Notes under the pieces: model-generated
Told to the model about the DNA's origin: nothing
Seen by the model: only the letters and a program-made list of their open reading frames with translations
Database searches by the model: none
Assembly: GCA_951406725.2 (NCBI GenBank)
Contig: OX597821.1
Location: 112,530,001-112,594,000, forward strand
Origin: Octopus vulgaris
Lineage: Eukaryota
Length of the DNA stretch: 64,000 bases
Reading direction: 5' to 3'
Shown here: positions 32,060 to 43,976 of the stretch, one piece after another
Position numbering within the stretch: the first letter of the stretch is position 1
Layout: every line of letters begins with the position of its first letter
Position numbers and translations under genes: made by a program

Positions 32060-33184
32060 ATAGCATCTTTAGTGTCTCTCAGCTACTCTCTACCTTCCCG
32101 GTTGGTGGGGGGATAAGCATCACTGTTTCTCATTCACCCCTAAATATTCTGGCTCTAAATGTTCTGCCACACCCCGATACACCACCTCAGCTTGTAGGCG
32201 AAAGCACATGAGGGATTGGTATTGACACTGTATTACAAGATGGACGGATGTGGTGCGGCAACAGCCTACGGCCAGGGCAGAGGAATCTCAAGATGACCAG
32301 CGACTAGATGTTTGTGACTGAAAGCAATCTACTCTGAACCTCGTGAACTTCGGTCCGCAGTCAAAAGAGACAGCTCCACTTACAATCCTTTTTTTCTAAA
32401 TGGAAATGGTTGGGCTTCAGGTAAGCACCATTCCTGAGAATTAACAGTTCAAAGTATAGAGCATGGCTGCAGCTAGGGCAACGATCGTCTCATGCTGGAG
32501 ACAGTATGGAACGATGCTGTGAAGGCAGCTGATCGATTGTGCTAGAGTATTTTAAATACGTCATGCGCCGCCGGACACCGGAGTGATAAAGTCTAAGTCA
32601 GAGGTATTTATCGATATCAAATACATCAGTATTTGTGACTGAGCCATTGAAGATAAACAAAATATTCAACTCAAGAAATAACAATCTACAATTTCCACGA
32701 AACACAATACCCCACAAAAAAGAAAAAAAAAATGAAAATACTACAAATGATAGAATTATGTAAAAATTGACGTATTTTATTTATTTTCAGAATTCTAATC
32801 TTTTGGAAGTATTTCAGTTGAGAAATTCCAGATGGCTCATAGACGCACTGTCATTATCGTATGATTTGTCTATTATACATTGAAAGTTAGTCTTCTTTTC
32901 ACAAGTAGCAGTTTTCTTAAATGTTGTAGAATATTATTTCTTTTACTCGGCTCCGGGACAGAGATAAACCGAAACAAACTTTTGCCAACATCGACGACGT
33001 CTGTTTTGTATTTGATGAGGAAATCTGCATCAAAGAGAAACAATAGAATGTAACTAATTCGCAAACAATAAGAAGACATCTGAAGATGCACAATTTGTCT
33101 CGGGGAAAAATTGTGTTCGTCTCCTACGCATTTAGATAATACACTCATTCTACAAAAATAGAAGTTATATTTTAATAATTTGCG

Positions 33185-33555
33185 CTGGCATGGCTACGAG
33201 TGATTTGCAATCACGTGGTCTTGAGTTCAGTTCTTGTGTTATACTATACTCCCGGCTTGACCAATGCCTTGCGGACGATTTTGGTAGAAAACTGAAGAAA
33301 GCTTTCGTATATATATGAGCGTGTATATGTGTGTGTGTAATGTGTTTATGTGTGTGTATGTGTATATATTTTTGTGTTTATATTTGTTCCCACCACTTCT
33401 CTACAGTAACTTAGCGACTCGGCAAAAGAAAAGCGAAAGAATATGTATGATACAAGACTTTAAAATATATACTAGGGTGGCCTTTTTGACTAAGCTTTTC
33501 AAGGCGGTGCCCCAGCATGGCCGCAGTCTAATGGCTGAAGCAAGAAAAAGATAAA
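33185..33555 (+). mobile_element. SINE family A, degenerate full length
   Basis: Both halves recognisable; ends AAGGCGGTGCCCCAGCATGGCCGCAGTCTAATGGCTGAAGCAAG. Confidence 0.8.
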
Positions 33556-33716
33556 AAATTAAATAAAAGCACCAACAATAACAAACAAATGACCAGGAAT
33601 ATACAAAATGGACGAATAAAAGAGATACAGTGGAAATATTTGGGTCAAAAGTTAAAATTACCATTTCGAAGATTCTTAATCATTCGAGCATACTACAGCA
33701 GATACTACGTATGTAA

Positions 33717-33747
<31 letters not shown>

Positions 33748-33759
33748 TGTATGTATGTA

Positions 33760-33790
<31 letters not shown>

Positions 33791-33904
33791 ATGTATGTAT
33801 GTATGTATGTATGTATGTATGTATGTGTGTATGTATGTATGTATGTATGTATGTATGTATGTGTGTGTATGTATGTGTGTGTGCAGATTTGTATGTTTTA
33901 CTTT

Positions 33905-34033
33905 ATGCATGCAAGTTTTACAGACTTTTTCAGTTCCAATAATGGATTGGATTTATAGTCTTCGAATTAGCTTTCTCATTTCTGGTTTTGAGAGTCCTAA
34001 TTTCTCAAGATTGGTATTTAGGCAGTGTGTTAC

Positions 34034-34040
<7 letters not shown>
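33905..34040 (-). pseudogene. R4/Dong-like (RLE) LINE C-terminal fragment within (TATG)n
   Basis: YVTHCLNTNLEKLGLSKPEMRKLIRRL*IQSIIGTEK..CKT; homologous at protein level to 34860-34990 and 46760-46878. Confidence 0.6.
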
Positions 34041-34066
<26 letters not shown>

Positions 34067-34204
34067 TGTATGTATGTATGTATGTATGTATGTATGTATG
34101 TATGTATGTATGTATGTATGTATGTATGTATGTATGTATGTATGCATGCATGTATGTATGTATGTATGTATCTATATATGTATGTATAGACACTTTATAT
34201 ACAA

Positions 34205-34250
<46 letters not shown>

Positions 34251-34599
34251 ACACATGTGTGATCTTACACAACAACCTTCTTTAAAAAATATATGTATGC
34301 AAACATACACACATAGTTAAAAAATACACAATTCATTCATGCATACATACATACACACATAATCCTTTGCATGGATACATATATTTATACATGCATTCAT
34401 ACATACATGCATACATAAATACATACATACATGCATGCATACGCACATACACACATGCATGCTTAGTACAAACATACAAACATACATACATAAATATATA
34501 CATACACGAATGCATGCATACATACATACATTTATATATACATACATAATATATGCATACATGCTATCATGGAACCTACATTAAAGATTACACGTAAAT

Positions 34600-34995
34600 C
34601 GTATGTAGCTGCTGGAAGACTACATAGTGCATACCATGGAAAAAAAGAAGCTATAGTGACATGGATATCATAACTATACATACTTCGAAAGAATTTTGGT
34701 GGAATGGAAGCGATTGCTCAGGAGATATCAACATATCGTTGAAGATTAGTGGAAAAGAAAACATCTATGTCGAACTGATGCGAAATCTGTAGTGACATCA
34801 TCACGACTCTAACTTTAGGTTTCTACTAATAATTATCGGAGCAGCTGACTAAATGACTAATTGTTTCGGAATTAATCTTGAGAAAATGGGATTCACCAAA
34901 CCAGAAAGAACAGAGCTAAATAGCAGATTATAGGTACAAACTATCAAAGGAACTGTCAAAATATGTAAAAGAATATTCGTGAAGTTCAGCACCGA
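34600..34995 (+). pseudogene. R4/Dong-like (RLE) LINE C-terminal fragment
   Basis: KEFWWN..GDINISLKISGKENIYVELMRNL..NLEKMGFTKPERTELNSRL*VQTIKGTVKICK; resembles the restriction-like endonuclease tail. Confidence 0.6.
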
Positions 34996-35380
34996 ATAAG
35001 GTCTACAAACACCACACCATTCATGTGTGATGCTATCTATCAATGTGCGCATACTTTTGTATATGCATACATATATATGTGCATGTATAGTGCATATATA
35101 TGGACATATATAAACATATGTATATATGTATATACATATATTAGAAAGTTTGGAGATGATGTACAAGTATTTTATATTAGAAGAAATGAGGTACTCAGAA
35201 ATTCGGATGGTTTTATATTTACAGATATTCATTTGTATATTACATGTTTTTATACATCATATAACTTATATCATATATCATAAAATAGCGCTTTTGTGCA
35301 TTCTGGTGGATTTTTCAAGTGGAACTAAGTATATGTATACATATATATACATCAATGCGAAATATATCTGCACGTGTGTG

Positions 35381-35411
<31 letters not shown>

Positions 35412-35424
35412 TGGTGCGTACTTA

Positions 35425-35640
35425 TGAGGGGGTGCTGAAAAGTTCCTGGCTTTAAAGGTGTCACCAAAGGCCTGGTTGAAGGCCCGATCTTATCAGGAAA
35501 AAATGTTTAAAAACTGCTATAGAAGTGCTCAAGTAAGAGCGTGAATCTGAGAGGGGAATATATTGAATAAAATCATAATTAACTGATCCTATTATACTTT
35601 CTTTTACCCAAAGTCAGGAAATTTTCAGTACCCCGCCTCC
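35425..35640 (+). mobile_element. Short mariner-derived MITE
   Basis: TIRs GGGGTGCTGAAAAGTTCCTGGCTTT / AAAGTCAGGAAATTTTCAGTACCCC; encodes a mariner-like C-terminus VNLRGEYIE*. Confidence 0.75.
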
Positions 35641-36046
35641 TATATATAATTGTACGCAAAAACAAAAAAAAAAAGGATGAAGACAAGTTTATATTAAAGT
35701 TCCTACGAGCGTTGCACCGTTACCAATGGTTTGTGTTACATGTTTCAAAAGTATATCGATGCTCAACCGCAATCAGATCGCCAAGAAACAAGTTTATTGG
35801 CTCAGGTTGCGGATAATTATGACCAAAGCTAGATGGATGACGAGGCATTTCAGAATTATTTGAGGAGGAAAACAAAGAGAAAGTATAAGGATGAAATAGC
35901 AGTATCTTAAGTAAAAGAGAGGGAGAGAAAAGAGAGGGAGAGAGAGAGGGAAATGGAGAAAGCTGAATAAAGAGATTAAAAAAAGGGAAAACAGAACAAG
36001 TAAAGTACATGTATCATATGAATGCATAGACATGATATATATCTAC

Positions 36047-36086
<40 letters not shown>

Positions 36087-36099
36087 GTATATATATATT

Positions 36100-36210
<111 letters not shown>

Positions 36211-36252
36211 TATACATATATATATATACACGTAGATATATATGCATGTATA

Positions 36253-36295
<43 letters not shown>

Positions 36296-36298
<3 letters not shown>

Positions 36299-36481
36299 GT
36301 GAAATAGAAAGATGAATAATCTTGTAGCAGATTAATCAAAAGTTTAACCGATACCTTGGTAGCAAAAATCACAGCAGAAGACAGCACGGTTGGAGGTACA
36401 ACCATATGGTGTTGCAACCGTGCGTTGGTGCGGATAATTGAATTTTAATATTCGTTCAGCTCCATTTCTTCAATTCACCAG

Positions 36482-36488
<7 letters not shown>
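36296..36488. mobile_element. (TA)n-embedded repeat fragment, homologous (inverted) to 9450-9537
   Basis: GAAATAGAAAGATGAAT..AAAAGTTTAACCGATACC..GGTAGCAAAAATCACAGCAGAA is shared; both copies are flanked by (TA)n. Confidence 0.65.
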
Positions 36489-36556
<68 letters not shown>

Positions 36557-36738
36557 GTGCACGTGCGTTCGTAGAAATAGGCATACAGCACTATGTTTGG
36601 TATTATATAAATTCCAATGACTCTTCTTTCTATGCAACAACAAATTCCGTGCACATACATACTTGCATGCATATCCATTATATCTACATATACATACACA
36701 CACAGACACATACACAGACGCGCAGACACGCACACACA

Positions 36739-36809
<71 letters not shown>

Positions 36810-36829
36810 ATATATATTATATACACATA

Positions 36830-36920
<91 letters not shown>

Positions 36921-36995
36921 GTATATTATACATATATATAAAATAAATAGAATACAATAGAACAGAGAGATGTGAAAGATAAATTGATTTATATA

Positions 36996-37065
<70 letters not shown>

Positions 37066-37103
37066 TGTATAAGAAAATAGTTAGGTAGGAAGATAGGTAG
37101 ACT

Positions 37104-37172
<69 letters not shown>

Positions 37173-37517
37173 TAAGAAAGTAAGAAAGAAAGAAAGAAAG
37201 AAAGAAAGGAAGGAAGAAAGAAAGAATGATAGATAGATTAAAAGAGATAGACAAATAGATATTTAATGTGATTGCCAAAATCATTATATTCACCAATAAT
37301 ATATTTTGAAATGATTGGTTCCGGATACCAAATAATATATGGTTTAGTAGAACGTAGAATTGATTAAGAAAAAAAAAATGGAGAGAAATAATAGAAAAAA
37401 AAAATCAAATTGAAAACCAAGAAAATGGACAAATAAGTTGTCCACAAATATTGACATATTAAATTAGATAAACAATGCAACTATAAGCCTAACTTATCTT
37501 CCAGAATATTCCTGATG

Positions 37518-37658
<141 letters not shown>

Positions 37659-38059
37659 TAGCTGATTATTTGGTTCGACATACATCTACACAAGCAATAC
37701 GTGCACCCATCATCAGTATTGTATCCTGGTGTTACACGGTGGTTTCGGGTCCTACATTATCCACTCTTATCGAGGTGACGTGACTTTGGCCCGTGTTCAA
37801 GCGGCAATATTCTGACTCACACTATTTGTCTCAGTCAGATCTTTAAATATATATATATATATGTGTGTGTCCTGTACCCATATATGTATGCATATATACA
37901 TGTAGATGTAGGTACATACACATATAATTAAGTATATATGCATATGTTTTATTTATTAATTTGTTTATATATATATATATATAGATAGATAGATAGATAG
38001 ATAGATATGTATTGTATAATTCGGGTGGAAACCTCCTAACGCTCGTATAAAAGCTCTTA

Positions 38060-38914
38060 CAAAGTGGTATGAAAATGTTCTCGGACTACTTACGTTTAAT
38101 AAAAAAAATGACTTCTTTACCTAAGTTTTAACACCATCTCCTTCGAAATAGTCGTCTTGCGCAGCAATACACCGGTTCCAGCGCTCTTGCCACTTTTAGA
38201 ATCCGACCTGGAAGTCGTTTTCCGTGAGTCGAAGATCTGCGAATTGCTCTGGGTCTCGAGAACGGTGTTAAAACAGCGACTTTTGAGCTTTTCATTTTGG
38301 GGAGGAGATGGAAGTCTGCACGTGCTAAACCTGCAGGAGTGATACCATATTGTTTTGGGCGAGAAATCCACGAGTGAGTAAAGCTCGGTGACAGGGTGCA
38401 TTGTCGTCGTGGAGACTCCATTTGCTCTCCGTAGATCCGATCGCTTTCTCCCTCAAACACTTCAAAACGTCGCTGTAGAAATCCCGATTGACGGTCTGGG
38501 CCCGGAGGACCGAATTCCCCCTGCACAACACCACATTTCCGGGAGTGATGCTTGTAACCGTTCTTCCAAATCGCTCATCGTCTTCTTTTGAAGCGCCCGT
38601 GCCACTCGAAATATCGTGTACGACCCGTTGCATCGTCGCTGTTAGCTTTCCGATGCATGCTCAATGTCTCTGTAGTAGACTTCCCAAGCTTAACGGAAAA
38701 TTTTACGTTGAATCATTGTTCCTCTCCAAAACAAGATCACAGACTACAGAATACACGTAATCACAAATTTCACAACTTGCGAAATAAACACAGCGGTGTC
38801 ACTCAGCACACTGCCTCATGAAAATCACTGCTAGCTCTCACTAGGCACGAAACCATGCGCTGTCATCTGTTGGAGTGCTACATAACAAATCCAGTAACGT
38901 TTTGATACCACCTC
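38060..38914 (-). mobile_element. Internally deleted mariner transposon, TA-flanked
   Basis: Ends AAGTGGTATGAAAATGTT / AACGTTTTGATACCACCTC. Remnant motifs: HDDNAPCH, ADFHLLPKMK, KWQERWNRCIAAQDDYFEGDG. Confidence 0.88.
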
Positions 38915-39017
38915 TATGTCAGTATTTGACTACCACATGATATATTACAGTGTGGTATATTCCAGGGATAAGATAAACATGCCAAACTCATCTTTGCATA
39001 AGATTAATACACGAATA

Positions 39018-39365
39018 ATATAACACAAGGATGGTAGATATCAGGTTTTAATAAGTGGATCACAACATTTATTTCTGCCCCTCACGCTGGTTGTCGTATT
39101 CTTCTGGATACTCTGGGTAAACAAGTGAAAAGAATCCAACCAGAATTAATCGAATTCCGCCCTGACTAAACGCCCACACACGGCTGTTGCTGAACAGTTT
39201 TTAACTGTATAATAATTAGACAGAATGTTCTATTCTATATTATAGAGAATGTTCTTCTCTAATGGTTTTGAATATAATCTCAGAAACTTAAAGCTAATGT
39301 GAAGCGCAGAAACAAATGCTGTGATTCATTATTAAAGCCTGTTATTCTCCATCCTCGTGTTATAT
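39018..39365. repeat. ~345-bp element with ~68-bp imperfect inverted ends next to (TA)n
   Basis: ATATAACACAAGGATGG...TTTCTGCCCCTCAC pairs with GTGAAGCGCAGAAA...CCATCCTCGTGTTATAT. Confidence 0.65.
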
Positions 39366-39372
39366 ATATATA

Positions 39373-39790
39373 TTGTTGTTGTTGTTGTTGGCATCCTTTT
39401 GTCTCGGGAGACAATGGAGTTGCGCAAAAACTAATCCAGTCTTGTTTTTACATTTCATGTCCACTCTAGTTTCCTCTCCAGTTTTGCGCAGGGCTGGGCT
39501 AGATGAAAGAAAATCCTGGGTAGCCCAATCGTCAGGATTCCTCTCTCGACCTTGCTGACGTAGTCCAAAGGTGTGCAGAGCATTACGTTTGGCACCAGCT
39601 TGGTTGCAGGAGCTGCTGGAAGAGTGTCGAGTCGAACACTAACTGGCTCCTGGGCTCCGCTCCGGATTTGTTTGAAGGTTGTCTCCTTTCCGTATCCCTA
39701 GATAGGGGCCTATACTGGGTACTGTCAGCCGGAGCCAGCTGAGTCCAGGACTCGTGTCAGACAGAGTCGTCACTCCCTGAAGTAGTGAAG
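39373..39790 (-). mobile_element. Non-autonomous RTE/BovB-like derivative (5'UTR-like part fused to 3' tail with (AAC)n)
   Basis: Minus-strand end GCGCAACTCCATTGTCTCCCGAGACAAAAGGATGCC(AAC)n. Body ACGTAGTCCAAAGG..CGTTTGGCACCAGCTTGG..GCAGGAG resembles RTE 5' regions (recalled similarity). Confidence 0.6.
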
Positions 39791-39809
39791 AAAATCGCTA
39801 CCCACTACC

Positions 39810-39840
<31 letters not shown>

Positions 39841-39844
<4 letters not shown>

Positions 39845-40162
39845 CAAAATAAGCAACAAATATATCCGAGGTAATGTGATACGATCGTTTCATGCTACTT
39901 CATTTTATTAAACACTGTAAGTATTACATCAGTTTTAAAATGTCGAGCAATCTTCAACTACTTATAGAAATTTTCCAATCAAACGGACAATGCACATTCT
40001 TATCTCTATTTCGTTTGCCAACATTATAAAGAGGGTAGATATACAGACAAAGAGGTTCATTTCATTCTTAAGAATATGATAGTATTAAATTTATTCTCAT
40101 GGATTTATATGGATAATACCATACAAATTTCTGGTGCATTTGACTTAAGTGCCATAGTCATC

Positions 40163-40167
<5 letters not shown>
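39841..40167. mobile_element. (TA)n-flanked hammerhead-bearing repeat (family shared with 55040-55400) with inverted terminal segment
   Basis: 39842-40100 aligns with 55138-55395; 40100-40167 is the reverse complement of 55058-55127. Confidence 0.8.
39876..39961 (-). ncRNA. Degenerate type I hammerhead with long stem II
   Basis: GTAG-TTGAAGA-TTGCT...AGCAT-GAAA-CGATCG-TA-TCAC; C3>U and stem I mismatch. Confidence 0.5.
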
Positions 40168-40212
<45 letters not shown>

Positions 40213-40216
<4 letters not shown>

Positions 40217-40325
40217 GCCTGCTCGCTTAGCCAGCGGGGTGGCGTCATTCGAAGGCTAAAACAATGCGAACGCATTGTGACCAGCGATGTGTAGCAACAT
40301 CTGATGGTCTGGTCGGTCACGTGAT

Positions 40326-40333
<8 letters not shown>
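40213..40333 (+). mobile_element. 3' fragment of a retroposon with RTE-like tail and (CACGTGAT)2 end, within (TA)n
   Basis: GCATTGTGACCAGCGATGTGTAGCAACATCTGATGGTC resembles the tail at 17805-17845. Confidence 0.6.
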
Positions 40334-40559
<226 letters not shown>

Positions 40560-40833
40560 CTAGGAAGCTACCCCATCTCTCCTCATCACACATAATCTCG
40601 CCAACGGGTGAACTGTCTATTTTTCTATATAATATCGCCGCCAAGGTGGCCATCGCTTCTCCGGCAGGCCTCTCTTAAGGTATCTCTCTTCAGACATTTT
40701 CAATTCATTCGCCTCATCTCCCCGTCTCGCTCATACTTATGTTCTCACCCCGAAACTCTGCACGAAAAACTCTACCAAGACCTTTCTCTCATGAATTTCT
40801 TTTCTGTTTTGCAGTCCTCATCTTGGAACAGTT

Positions 40834-41262
40834 TACAAGGAGATGATATTAAAACTTAGGTAAATAAGTTATTTTTTTAATAAATGAGTTGTACCTGTAA
40901 TTCAAAGGGGCCCAGCCTTGTCACATTCTGTATCACGCTGAATATCCGCGAGAACTACGTTAAGGGTACGCGTGTCTGTGGAGTACTCAGCCACTTGCAC
41001 GTTAATTTCATGAGCAGGCCGTTCCATTGATCAGATCAACTGGAACCCTGATCGTCGTGACCGACGGAGTGCCAGTTCTATATATATATATGAAACTAAC
41101 GTGCAAGTGGCTGAGTACTCCACAGACACGTGTACCCTTAACGTAGTTCTCGCGGATATTCAGCGTGATACAGAATGTGACAAGGCTGGGCCCCTTTGAA
41201 TTACAGGTACAACTCATTTATTAAAAAATAACTTATTTACCTAAGTTTTAATATCATCTCCT

Positions 41263-41266
<4 letters not shown>
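40834..41266. repeat. Near-perfect inverted duplication (~177-bp arms) of a mariner-fragment/SINE C junction
   Basis: 40834-41010 vs 41091-41266, about two mismatches by eye. Confidence 0.9.
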
Positions 41267-41317
<51 letters not shown>

Positions 41318-41330
41318 CTGGCACTCCGTC

Positions 41331-42355
41331 GAACAAACGGGACGCCGTTTGGCTGACCGGTTCGCGCAACACCTCCGTGACATCCGCCTTGCCAACGACA
41401 CACCGGTCTCACGCCATTTCCGATCCACCGGTCACTCCTTGCAACACCTGTCTATGTTCGGATTGTCCTTGCACAGAGGCCATCCGGATTCCCGTTTGCG
41501 CCGTGAATAGGAATTAATCTTCTCTCTTCGGTCTTTCACGCCATTCGGTCTCAACTCTCCCCCACTTCTCATCTAACCTCCCCCCTGTCATTTAACCTCC
41601 CCCCGACTCCTACTTCTCTTCAGTCCTTCATCTTTTCACCCCTACTCTCTTTCCCTCCCCTTCTTTCCTCTTTCTTCTTCCCTCTTCCCCTACTCTCTTT
41701 CTCTCTGCTCCCTCCCTCCCCTTCTCTCCCCCCCTCCTCTTATCTCCTTCCCTCCCACTCTCACTCCTCCCTCTCCTCTCCTTCCTTCTTTTTCCCACAT
41801 CACCCCCTCATCTCATCTCCTCTCTCCCCTCCCCCTCATCTCTCCTCCCTCCTCCTCCTCTCTCCCATCATCTCCTCTCTCCCCTCCCCCTCATCTCTTT
41901 TCCCACAACCCCACTCTACCCCCCCAGCCGAACCCACACCCCACATGGGCTTTCCCCACCTCCCATCACACTACACTACACTACACCATACGACACTACA
42001 CTACACTACACCATACGACATTACACATCACATCATACATACACACACGCACCCTTATGTTGGGGTGAGGTCATTTGACCTTGTTATCTCCCCTACTATC
42101 GCTCTTGCGTCTAACGTCTGATCTCTGACTTCTGGCCGAAATCAGACCGCCATGTTGATTCGTTAGCTCTCGCACGCATTTTTTTCTCTCCTTGTTTCTC
42201 TCCGTGTTTCTTTTCTGTGTATCTTTCTGTTGAAGAGCGTAGGCTCGAAACGTAAAAGACTTGTTTTATTTCTATTCCTGAGCGCCATACTAATACAATT
42301 GTTTGTTTATACTCCACCTGCCTTCGTCTTGTGTTTATTTTCGTAAGCTTCCTGT
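41331..42355 (+). mobile_element. 5'-truncated Penelope-like element (GIY-YIG C-terminus, pyrimidine tract, hammerhead-bearing pseudo-LTR)
   Basis: 41334-41576 translates QTGRRLADRFAQHLRDIR..PVSRHF..HS..RLRRE*ELIFSLRSFTPFGLN, the C-terminal half of a Penelope GIY-YIG endonuclease; ends in (TA)n. Confidence 0.9.
42222..42259 (+). ncRNA. Minimal type I hammerhead ribozyme, U6 core variant
   Basis: TCTTT-CTGTTGA-A-GAGC(GTAG)GCTC-GAAA-CG-TA-AAAGA. Confidence 0.7.
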
Positions 42356-42646
42356 TATATATATATATATATATATATATAGCAATTAAGGACAACTACT
42401 TAATAAGGAAAACTTAACAAGAAATTGTCAGGTAGATAGCGTAAAAACCTCATAAGAGAAAAAATTTCGAAAATAATTATTTCTTATTGAACATATTAAT
42501 TTATATATAGAGGGCATTATACATACATGCCAGAAGGCATTATACATACATGCCAAACGCTAAGAGGGACAATTAGTCATTTCTACCAAAAATATTACTA
42601 ATCCCACCGAATGCAATTTTTCAAAGTAAGACATTTAAAAAATATA

Positions 42647-42692
42647 GACCTGTATCACAGTGATTTCATACTTACGTACTCATCAGCGGGCC
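42647..42692 (-). ncRNA. Type I hammerhead ribozyme (one stem I mismatch)
   Basis: GGCCCG-CTGATGA-GTAC(GTAA)GTAT-GAAA-TCAC(T)GTGA-TA-CAGGTC. Confidence 0.8.
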
Positions 42693-43445
42693 TGAATGCA
42701 TTATAAATAAACAACGACCCTGCCCCGCTTAAGTCGATCAGCTAACTGTTCAACATCAACGAAGCACATGGGTGAGTTTACATATATTACATCCGGTCAA
42801 ATGGCAAACTTTTACGAATTGCATTTCGGGAGAGGAAAAGTTTTTTCGGAATAAAAATTTAGCAATTAAGGACAACTACTTAATAAGGAAAACTTAACAA
42901 GAAATTGTCAGGTAGATAGCGTAAAAACCTCATAAGAGAAAAAATTTCGAAAATAATTATTTCTTATTGAACATATTAATTTATATATAGAGGGCATTAT
43001 ACTTACATGCCAGAAGGCATTATACATACATGCCAAACGCTGGGATTAGTGGTGGGATTAGTAATATTTTTGGTAGAAATGACTAATTGTCCCTCTTAGC
43101 GTTTGGCATGTATGTATAATGCCTTCTGGCATGTAAGTATAATGCCCTCTATATATAAATTAATATGTTCAATAAGAAATAATTATTTTCGAAATTTTTT
43201 CTCTTATGAGGTTTTTACGCTATCTACCTGACAATTTCTTGTTAAGTTTTCCTTATTAAGTAGTTGTCCTTAATTGCTAAATTTTTATTCCGAAAAAACT
43301 TTTCCTCTCCCGAAATGCAATTCGTAAAAGTTTGCCATTTGACCGGATGTAATATATGTAAACTCACCCATGTGCTTCGTTGATGTTGAACAGTTAGCTG
43401 ATCGACTTAAGCGGGGCAGGGTCGTTGTTTATTTATAATGCATTC

Positions 43446-43493
43446 AGGCCTGCTGATGAGTACGTAAGTATGAAATCACTGTGATACAGGTCT
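43446..43493 (+). ncRNA. Type I hammerhead ribozyme, intact core
   Basis: AGGCCTG-CTGATGA-GTAC(GTAA)GTAT-GAAA-TCAC(T)GTGA-TA-CAGGTCT; predicted cleavage after AUA at 43486. Confidence 0.88.
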
Positions 43494-43928
43494 ATATTTT
43501 TTAAATGTCTTACTTTGAAAAATTGCATTCGGTGGGATTAGTAATATTTTTGGTAGAAATGACTAATTGTCCCTCTTAGCGTTTGGCATGTATGTATAAT
43601 GCCTCCTGGCATGTATGTATAATAATGCCCTCTATATATAAATTAATATGTTCAATAAGAAATAATTATTTTCGAAATGTTTTCTCTTATGAGGTTTTTA
43701 CGCTATCTACCTGACAATTTCTTGTTAAGTTTTCCTTATTAAGTAGTTGTCCTTAATTGCTAAATTTTTATTCCGAAAAAACTTTTCCTCTCCCGAAATG
43801 CAATTCGTAAAAGTTTGCCATTTGACCGGATGTAATATATGTAAACTCACCCATGTGCTTCGTTGATGTTGAACAGTTAGCTGATCGACTTAAGCGGGGC
43901 AGGGTCGTTGTTTATTTATAATGCATTC

Positions 43929-43976
43929 AGGCCTGCTGATGAGTACGTAAGTATGAAATCACTGTGATACAGGTCT
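43929..43976 (+). ncRNA. Type I hammerhead ribozyme, intact core
   Basis: Identical to 43446-43493, 483 nt downstream; predicted cleavage after 43969. Confidence 0.88.
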
